From: an uncultured Bacteroidales bacterium
GTDB taxonomy: Bacteria; Bacteroidota; Bacteroidia; Bacteroidales; Bacteroidaceae
NCBI GenBank assembly: GCA_902799355.1
Contig: CADCAG010000002.1
Coordinates: forward strand, 25,693-89,692
Length of the DNA stretch: 64,000 nt
Direction: 5' to 3'
Shown: piece by piece, positions 53,706 to 61,027 of the stretch
How positions within the stretch are numbered: the first letter of the stretch is position 1
How the letters are laid out: every line of letters starts with the position of its first letter
The notes under the pieces: generated by a model
The model's database searches: none
Told to the model about the DNA's origin: nothing
What the model saw: the letters and a program-made list of their open reading frames with translations, nothing else
Made by a program: the position numbers and the translations under genes

Positions 53706-55997
53706 TTACTTCACGAACTTCTTACCGTCCTTAACAACGATACCCTTGAAGTCCTTAGATACACGCTGGCCAGCGAGGTTGTAGATAGCGTTAGAAGTCT
53801 TAGCGTTCTTAACAGTTACGTTCTCGATACCAGTGTAAGGATCGGTACCAGCACCCTCCTTCTTGTAGAAGTTGGTAGAACCGCTAATCAGGTTCTCGTA
53901 AGTCATACCTTCTTCGGCGCATGGGAGATACCACTTAACATCCTTGATGTGGTAGTCGCAAGCTTCCTTAATCTCAGCCATGTTGAAGGCGATATTCCAC
54001 ATACCATCAGCCTCATTGGGAACAGTGAAGTCCTGCTCGAAGTCCTGCCAATCAGTAGTGAAGTTTACATCACCGATAGCAGCCCAGTGCATGTAAGAAC
54101 CAGGATTCTCACCGTGGCACTGTGTAGTAGTCTTAGCGTCAACAGAGCTCTTATACTTGAAGGCGAGCTTAGTTACTTCACCCTTTGCCAAAGCGCGATT
54201 TGCCTTGATGAAGAACTGGTTGTCCCAAGTTTCACCTGTACCAACTTCAGCCTCACGAGGATTACCGTCATTACCTGCTGTGAGCCAGTCGCGCTCCAAA
54301 CCATTTACAACGATTTCGTCAGTGTAGGTAAAGACCTCAATGGGTTCAAGAACCTTACCCTCGATCATCTCGAATGCCATAGAGCTGTAATCTGTATCCA
54401 GGTAAACAGTCCAAACGCCAAGGCCAGGAAGATCCAGCTTAGCCAAACTTGAAAGCTCGTAGCTAACCCAGTTTTCAGGATCATTGGTGATTGACTCCGT
54501 AGGCTTCAGTGTAGAGTTCATGAAGGCGGTATTATCACCCTTTACGGTAGAAATCATCACCTGATTAACATAGGTTTCGTCATCACCCTTCTTACCAACA
54601 GTTGCCTCCAATGTGCCCTCAACGTCCTTAAACTCAATAGCGTCGTTCAGATTCTCATACTTAGAAGTCTTGGCAGTGTTGATACCAGCAATGAAGTAAC
54701 CCTCCTCAAGCTTCATGGTCTCCCAAGAAAGATCGTCGAAGTAGAACACATTAGGAGTGCGTCCGTTTGTTGCGTCAGAGCACAGGTTGAATGCCAGTGA
54801 CCAAACGTCATCTACGCCAATAGTCTTAGTCTGCTCAAAGTCCTGCCAGGCCTCTGTAAAGTTTACATCACCGCAAGCATTCCAGTCACGATAGTCAGAA
54901 GGATGCTGTCTGTGCCACTGTGTACCTACAGCGCAAGCGTGCTCAGCCTTGTAGCGGAACTTGATTCTTACGGTAAGGCCTTCCTTGACATTAGCAGGAG
55001 CCTGAATCCAGAACTGGTTAGACCAAGCAGTAGAAGCGCCTGGATTTTCAGCAGCATCGCAGTCGTCGATACAGTCAATCTGAGTTACGTGAACAGCAAA
55101 TACGTGGTTGTTTGTGCCACTCTCAAGTTCGATATCAGTAGGATAAGGACGAGCTCTGCCATCCAGAGGTGAATCTTTAAACATACCAGAGTCGTTGTTC
55201 TTACCCATTGTCAGAGACCATGCGCAAATCTTTTGAGCATTGTCACCTCTCCAGTTAATATTGACACCCTCAGTAGTCTCAAGTGCCCAGTCAGGCCACT
55301 GGCCGAACTCTGCGTCACCTACCCACTTGTTAGTGTGCTCCTGACCATCAATGATGGGCTGGCCATCGTCAGTCAGCCACTGCTGCCAGATAACGGGGGT
55401 TGTACCACCGGCATCCTCATAAACAGCAATAGACTCCCACTCGATAGTTTCGGTACAAGTACCAGGCTGTGCAATGAGGAAGCAACTGGTAACAGCTATA
55501 CCATCATACTCCCATTCTACCTCAACGAACTCATCGGATTGGGGGATGCTGACATTGCAACCTAAGGCACTGGACCAGTTACCCATGTTAACATTAATAG
55601 TACAAGCAGCAGTAGCCTTCACCTTTGCCACAGCTTTGTAGTGACCATCCATCTGGGTGGGTATACCATCAGCAATAAAGTACTGGTGCCAATATGGGCC
55701 AGCACCTGTTACCTTCTGATACTCTGTTCCACCTGCGTTCTTAACAGTACCAACAGAAGACTCACCATCTTTCCATTTGGCGTCACCATCACCATCAAGA
55801 TCTGTCTGGGTTGCATACCTATAGTCTGCACCGTAGTCAGTCATAACACCATTAACCCATTCAGGTACATAACCCATCACGTAGTACGGGAAACCAGTAA
55901 AATCCGAGTAGCTTTTCTCGTAAACCTTTTGCCAGGTTGCCGCATTTGCTCCCAAGGCCATTGCCAAGAGAACAGCTAGTGTAAACAATTTCTTCAT
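53706..55997 (-). CDS. Secreted non-catalytic multi-CBM4-like protein with C-terminal secretion tail
   Basis: Signal peptide; repeated modules WSNQFWI...GDVNFTEAWQDF...LAFNL and WDNQFFI...GDVNFTTDWQDF...IAFNM; tail IYNLAGQRVSKDFKGIVVKDGKKFVK. Confidence 0.85.
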   Translation of the reverse strand: MKKLFTLAVLLAMALGANAATWQKVYEKSYSDFTGFPYYVMGYVPEWVNGVMTDYGADYRYATQTDLDGDGDAKWKDGESSVGTVKNAGGTEYQKVTGAGPYWHQYFIADGIPTQMDGHYKAVAKVKATAACTINVNMGNWSSALGCNVSIPQSDEFVEVEWEYDGIAVTSCFLIAQPGTCTETIEWESIAVYEDAGGTTPVIWQQWLTDDGQPIIDGQEHTNKWVGDAEFGQWPDWALETTEGVNINWRGDNAQKICAWSLTMGKNNDSGMFKDSPLDGRARPYPTDIELESGTNNHVFAVHVTQIDCIDDCDAAENPGASTAWSNQFWIQAPANVKEGLTVRIKFRYKAEHACAVGTQWHRQHPSDYRDWNACGDVNFTEAWQDFEQTKTIGVDDVWSLAFNLCSDATNGRTPNVFYFDDLSWETMKLEEGYFIAGINTAKTSKYENLNDAIEFKDVEGTLEATVGKKGDDETYVNQVMISTVKGDNTAFMNSTLKPTESITNDPENWVSYELSSLAKLDLPGLGVWTVYLDTDYSSMAFEMIEGKVLEPIEVFTYTDEIVVNGLERDWLTAGNDGNPREAEVGTGETWDNQFFIKANRALAKGEVTKLAFKYKSSVDAKTTTQCHGENPGSYMHWAAIGDVNFTTDWQDFEQDFTVPNEADGMWNIAFNMAEIKEACDYHIKDVKWYLPCAEEGMTYENLISGSTNFYKKEGAGTDPYTGIENVTVKNAKTSNAIYNLAGQRVSKDFKGIVVKDGKKFVK

Positions 55998-56074
55998 AAT
56001 AGAAATAATTTAGATTAATAATAAGTAGTTAATAAAAAAAGTAAAAATAATGTTGTTATTCAGAGGTATTTGAA

Positions 56075-56127
56075 AGACAGCTGCCAGGACCATCAGAACA
56101 TGTCCTTTAGCGCACTGGCAGCTATCT
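56075..56127. other. Intergenic stem-loop without U-tract (mRNA stability/processing?)
   Basis: agacagctgccag...ctggcagctatct. Confidence 0.45.
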
Positions 56128-56132
56128 CCCAG

Positions 56133-57887
56133 TTAGTTCTTTTTTCCACTGAGACCATCGCAGAATCCCTTGTATGTGGCATTGCGAACCCAGTCGCTTC
56201 CGCTCTTAGACCAGAGGCCTACAGGATCGCCAATACCACTCGATGTGTCAAACATATTGCCCTTGCAGAGACCTGCCTGCTTGTCTGCAGGTATCTTGGT
56301 CAAGTAGGCATTGATTACATAGGCGTAGTAGTCAGCCAGTTTCTTACGCTGCTCCTTCGTAATCTTTTCTGCCGTTACGCTATTACCCTCAGCATCCTTA
56401 TACTTGATATCAAAATTGGAGATACGAATCAACTTGCCATCTGCATTAGCATAGTCAGCCAGACTCTTAAAGAAGTTATTCACGGCAGTCTCATTGTCTG
56501 CATCCTCAACGTATGTGAGATTCAGCTCAGCGTTGATACCGTCAATCTTCTTACCATCCATATTTTTCTCCCAAGTCTTAATCCAGTACTTGAGACTTGC
56601 CAGTCTCTGCGGATTCTCCAGTCCTGTCTCAGCGATGAAGAACTTCAGAGCTGCTGGGTCACCACCATGCTTCTCGAATGCTTCCCTGGCCACCTTTGAT
56701 ACGGTAGCAGCATAGAGTTCACTGCCAGTCTTGACAATCGTCTCTCCATCCTCAGCAAATACATTCAGGTAATCCTGCCAGAAAATCTTATCTGTAGCGT
56801 GCTTCAGGTCAAGCACATTCTCACCCTCATAAGTAACACCATCAAGCAGAGCCTTCGAGTCAAGGGGCTTATCAACGAGGTCGAACGACTTGATACGTCC
56901 AGCATTGGCCTCCATCAGTTCATCACACCACTTATTGAGCGCATACTGAATGGTATCATTCATCATCTTAGCAGTCTGTGGTTCGTGATTGTCCGGTGTA
57001 TGCTCCACATGTACGTTACGGATGTAGAGCACTGTGTTCAGGTTACCCTCAATCATCAAGTAACCTTGTGTAGCGGTCTTTGCGGGTACCCACTCCACCT
57101 TGACGGTATTCCAACCACCAGATCTTACAACGAAATTCTTGGCAATCAATTTACCGTCCTTATCCTTACCGGTATTCACCAAACTGTCGGCAAAAGTACA
57201 ATTAATGGTCTCGTCCTTGTCAATCTCACTCTTTACCATGAAAGTAATCGTGTAGAAACCAAGAGGATCCACATCAAAACCTTCGACAATATAAACCTTA
57301 GACCTCTTACTAGTCTTCAAGGCGTTACCCTTGTCGTCGTAATTCTTGACAATAACAGCTGAACCTTTGACTACCGTACCAGTAAACTCATCTATGGTTG
57401 AGTAGTCAAGATCCAGGTCGTTCTCAGGAAGTACCCGGATTTCGACAGGAGCAGTGAGTGTACCAAACCAGTCGTCAGGCTGCTTCTCATTGGCAACGAT
57501 AGGACTGCCATACAATGGCATGTCAATCTCTGAAGCATGAGAAAGAGCATCCTTATAAGCCAAGAAGTTCATATAGCCCTTCTTGTTTACGACACTACCT
57601 GGCATGAAGGAGTAGCCAAAGGCAACACCATCAAAATTGGTTTTTGCAACGGCATGATCCAAGCCCTGCTTGTTGTAGGTCTTCAAGTCCATGTAGGTAT
57701 CCATCGAAAACTGCGGATAGTCAGCTTTGTTGATATACGACTTGACTGGATCCAAGTCAGCATACTCATCCGTATAGGTGGGATCGGGATCGGCTTTGTA
57801 GCCATCCAATTCATTATAGTCAGCACAAGAAGCCACAAAAGCCCCGACGGCTAACATCAAAAGACCATTTCTAAAAATCTTATTCAT
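56133..57887 (-). CDS. Xyn10C-like GH10-fold lipoprotein with inserted CBM-like module; catalytic residues absent
   Basis: Lipobox FVASC; position directly after XusE-like gene; GH10 scaffold motifs FWQDYL, ALKFFI, KIDGI, GKLIRIS, PVGLW; SFDLVDKP and ISNFD at the two catalytic sites. Confidence 0.8.
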   Translation of the reverse strand: MNKIFRNGLLMLAVGAFVASCADYNELDGYKADPDPTYTDEYADLDPVKSYINKADYPQFSMDTYMDLKTYNKQGLDHAVAKTNFDGVAFGYSFMPGSVVNKKGYMNFLAYKDALSHASEIDMPLYGSPIVANEKQPDDWFGTLTAPVEIRVLPENDLDLDYSTIDEFTGTVVKGSAVIVKNYDDKGNALKTSKRSKVYIVEGFDVDPLGFYTITFMVKSEIDKDETINCTFADSLVNTGKDKDGKLIAKNFVVRSGGWNTVKVEWVPAKTATQGYLMIEGNLNTVLYIRNVHVEHTPDNHEPQTAKMMNDTIQYALNKWCDELMEANAGRIKSFDLVDKPLDSKALLDGVTYEGENVLDLKHATDKIFWQDYLNVFAEDGETIVKTGSELYAATVSKVAREAFEKHGGDPAALKFFIAETGLENPQRLASLKYWIKTWEKNMDGKKIDGINAELNLTYVEDADNETAVNNFFKSLADYANADGKLIRISNFDIKYKDAEGNSVTAEKITKEQRKKLADYYAYVINAYLTKIPADKQAGLCKGNMFDTSSGIGDPVGLWSKSGSDWVRNATYKGFCDGLSGKKN

Positions 57888-57902
57888 ATTCTTAGCCTCC
57901 TA

Positions 57903-59129
57903 TTATTTCTGGTCATTGTACTTATAGTCAAACCATGCTCTCATGTTAGACTGACGCGTCTGAACAACCAATGTGTCGTTTGTCGTTACATCAACGTCAT
58001 CAGTCAAGAGGACATCCTGGTCGGTCTCCTTGTCGTAGCCAATCTTCATGCCCTTCTTGAACTTGATGGTATAGGACAAGTCGAGGATGTCGCGCTGCGT
58101 GAGTTCACCATTCATGTTACCCCACTGGAATTCTGCATATTCAGAACGTTCTGTTCCTTTAGTGATGAACTTTCCAGTACCGGTAACCTCAACATTAGCA
58201 TCATTCGTGGAGATGGTGCACTCATCAGACTTCTCATCCTTAAAGGTCAGGAGAAGATTGCACGACAGAGACTGTCTGGATTGTGTCTTCGACTTATCAG
58301 CTCTTTTCACTGATACGGGGAAGATAGCTTCAGTCATGCTCTTGGTCGTAATACCAACCACCTCGTCGTTCGCATTCACGAGGTTAATCGTGTAACGGCC
58401 CGGGTCAGAATTTACCAAGGTGGTGTCCTTACGGATATGTGTCCACTCAGAACCGTCTTCTGCTTCCTTCACAATGTCCTTACCACGACGGATATACTTA
58501 CCCTGCCAGGGGTTCATATACCTTACGCAGTAGAGCGTATAGTTCATAGGCTGTGTCGACCAGTCAGAAGCATTCTGCCAAATAGCTCCATCCTTATTGG
58601 GCGTACCTTCTAAGATAGCGTCAATACCTGATACACCGATCATACGCAGAGGAATCACATAGGTCGTATCGACAGACAGGGGATCCTCGAAGAACTTGTC
58701 CTTGAACTCTACCTCCACATAGCCACGAGAGTCACCATTATAGTAAATTTTGCTGCTCTTCAGGTCATCGTAGTTATAGTATTCATGAGGCATGAATTTC
58801 ACAGGAGTAGACTCATAACCACCATCATCCAGGAACCATAGGTGATTACAGAGTGACTCGTCGATGATGACATCGACCACAGCGTTACGTCCGCCGTAGG
58901 CACCACCCATGGTAGCCCAGATGCGGCACTTGTGGGCATTGTCCAGCGAGTTGTCGTAGATATCGTTACCCAATACAAGGGTACGTATTGGATTCTGATA
59001 GGCGAAGTAGGCTTTTGTGCCTCCTTCGTAGTCTGGGAAGTCCTTGTCTGCATTGTAGCAAGATGCAAGCGAGAGAGAAAGGGCTCCCAAAGCTACACCG
59101 TATATATATTTCTTGAGTTTCATAATCAT
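57903..59129 (-). CDS. XusE-like surface lipoprotein (DUF1735/BT_3987-like N-domain)
   Basis: Lipobox SLASC; AYFAYQNPIRTLVLGND, YVIPLRM, YTLYCVRYMNPWQGKY; lies downstream of SusD. Confidence 0.8.
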   Translation of the reverse strand: MIMKLKKYIYGVALGALSLSLASCYNADKDFPDYEGGTKAYFAYQNPIRTLVLGNDIYDNSLDNAHKCRIWATMGGAYGGRNAVVDVIIDESLCNHLWFLDDGGYESTPVKFMPHEYYNYDDLKSSKIYYNGDSRGYVEVEFKDKFFEDPLSVDTTYVIPLRMIGVSGIDAILEGTPNKDGAIWQNASDWSTQPMNYTLYCVRYMNPWQGKYIRRGKDIVKEAEDGSEWTHIRKDTTLVNSDPGRYTINLVNANDEVVGITTKSMTEAIFPVSVKRADKSKTQSRQSLSCNLLLTFKDEKSDECTISTNDANVEVTGTGKFITKGTERSEYAEFQWGNMNGELTQRDILDLSYTIKFKKGMKIGYDKETDQDVLLTDDVDVTTNDTLVVQTRQSNMRAWFDYKYNDQK

Positions 59130-59163
59130 TCTTAATTCTTAATTCTTAACTCTTAACTCATTA

Positions 59164-61014
59164 TTACCATCCCTTATTCTGCTTAAGGTTGCTCCACCGA
59201 AGCACCTCCGTATTGGGAATGGGACCAAAGTTCTGATAAGGCTCATATTTACGCATTTCCACTGTAGGAAGTGGGGTATATGTAAGCGTACCGTCATCAT
59301 TCTTACTAATTTGTATACCGTCAGCAGGATTGCTGGTGTTTAGTTCCCAACGGCGGAGATCCCAGAAGCGCTTGTTCTCAAAGCAAAGCTCGATACGGCG
59401 CTCGTTACGGATAAGGTCACGCATCTTAGCACCCGTATTATCGTTTGCGCACTCATCCAGATAGGGGTCACCCGTGTAGTTGCCATCGGCGTCAAACGTA
59501 CCCACACCGCCACGCTTGCGGATTTTCTGAATGATATCCTTGGCTGTACCAATACCCGTGCCACCGTCTGAAGTCGGCCCCCAGGCATCGTTGGCAGTCT
59601 CAGCGTATGCCAGCCACAACTCCGTGTAACGGATTCGTGGGAAAATGTGCGGCTGATTGGTCGATGTCGTTGAAGATGCAGTCTTACCAGCGTCTTCTCG
59701 GAGCAGCTTCTTCAGGTAATAGCCTGTACGTGTACGTCCATCCTGACCATTCGGGTCGATATTGTCATTGAGTACATTTGGAGTTTGAGAAGCGTAGGTA
59801 CCTGTAATAATTTCTACGTTCTTGAACTGAACACCATTATAGATGATGTCATCAGCCAGACGTGGGTCACGGTTGGCGTATGGATCCGTTGCATCGTAGC
59901 CAGACTTCGATTTATCAGCGTAGTTAATGGGGTAACCGTTGGCCATTGGGAAGGCATCTACCAGACTCTGTGTGGGATTAACCTTACCTTTACCATGCAG
60001 CGATGGTGGGAAGTTCTCATCCTCCTGAGAAGCATCGGCACTGACATAGTCTTCACGCCAGACGATTTCTGGAATAATTGTCTTACTTGACTTCAGTCTC
60101 TCCTTGTCGTTATACCAGTGATTACCGTTCTCATCGAATTCCACATTCTTCAGCACCTCAGCACAAATCTTGGCAGCTTCTTCAGAAGAGACACCACTCT
60201 GGGCGCGGTAGGCGGGACTTGCAGCGAGCAAAGCAGTCTGAGCTTTGACGGCCTGAACGACCTTACCAGATACCAGGTTCTTGGCCATGTCACCGAATAC
60301 AAGGTTGTAACCAGAAAGCTGAACGCCCAAATCGAGGTACTTCTGCTTGTTCTTGGTAATTTCCTCGACATCATTGAGATCTTTATACTGGTCAGGAAGC
60401 AACTCTGCTGCTGCATCACAGTCAGCAAATATCTGTCTTACGCAAGCCTCGAATGAAGCACGAGGCTGGTTGTAGTCAGAGCTACCGTCTTCGGGTTCTG
60501 TCAGCAAGGGCACACCCAGAAGCTCACCCTCATTGGTATAACCACCATGAGCCTGAATCAGATGGTAGTAGAAGATGGCACGGAGGCCCAGTGCCTCACC
60601 CCTCATACGGTCAATGAACATCTGCTGCTTAGACTTAGCACTCTGCGCCCAGTTTACCTGGTCGACGTACTTCAGGAAGAGGTTGACATACTGGATACCG
60701 TCTTTACATGCATCCCACTGTGTCATGGGGTTGTTGTCAGCCGTCCATGTACCTGTTGCCATATTGCTGAAGGTCTGGTCATCCGATTTGTTGGTTACAG
60801 CATCGTCAGTGGCCACATCGGTCTTTGTTCTTGTCGAATAGGGCAGACGGTTGTAGGCATAAATCAGCAGACCGTGAATATAATCGCTCTCCTGCACCAG
60901 CGTCTCCAACTGTCTGGTATTTTCCTTGGCAGGCTCGAACATGTCATCGCACGAGCTGAACAAGAGAAGTCCGGCGAGATAATATATAATATTTTTTGTC
61001 TTCATAATTTTCAA
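59164..61014 (-). CDS. SusD/RagB family glycan-binding lipoprotein
   Basis: LFSSC lipobox; GEALGLRAIFY, NPTQSLVDAFPM, RDPRL, RIRYTELWLAYAE, IRNERRIELCFENKRFWDLRRW, QNKGW. Confidence 0.95.
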   Translation of the reverse strand: MKIMKTKNIIYYLAGLLLFSSCDDMFEPAKENTRQLETLVQESDYIHGLLIYAYNRLPYSTRTKTDVATDDAVTNKSDDQTFSNMATGTWTADNNPMTQWDACKDGIQYVNLFLKYVDQVNWAQSAKSKQQMFIDRMRGEALGLRAIFYYHLIQAHGGYTNEGELLGVPLLTEPEDGSSDYNQPRASFEACVRQIFADCDAAAELLPDQYKDLNDVEEITKNKQKYLDLGVQLSGYNLVFGDMAKNLVSGKVVQAVKAQTALLAASPAYRAQSGVSSEEAAKICAEVLKNVEFDENGNHWYNDKERLKSSKTIIPEIVWREDYVSADASQEDENFPPSLHGKGKVNPTQSLVDAFPMANGYPINYADKSKSGYDATDPYANRDPRLADDIIYNGVQFKNVEIITGTYASQTPNVLNDNIDPNGQDGRTRTGYYLKKLLREDAGKTASSTTSTNQPHIFPRIRYTELWLAYAETANDAWGPTSDGGTGIGTAKDIIQKIRKRGGVGTFDADGNYTGDPYLDECANDNTGAKMRDLIRNERRIELCFENKRFWDLRRWELNTSNPADGIQISKNDDGTLTYTPLPTVEMRKYEPYQNFGPIPNTEVLRWSNLKQNKGW

Positions 61015-61027
61015 TTGTCTATTAGAA

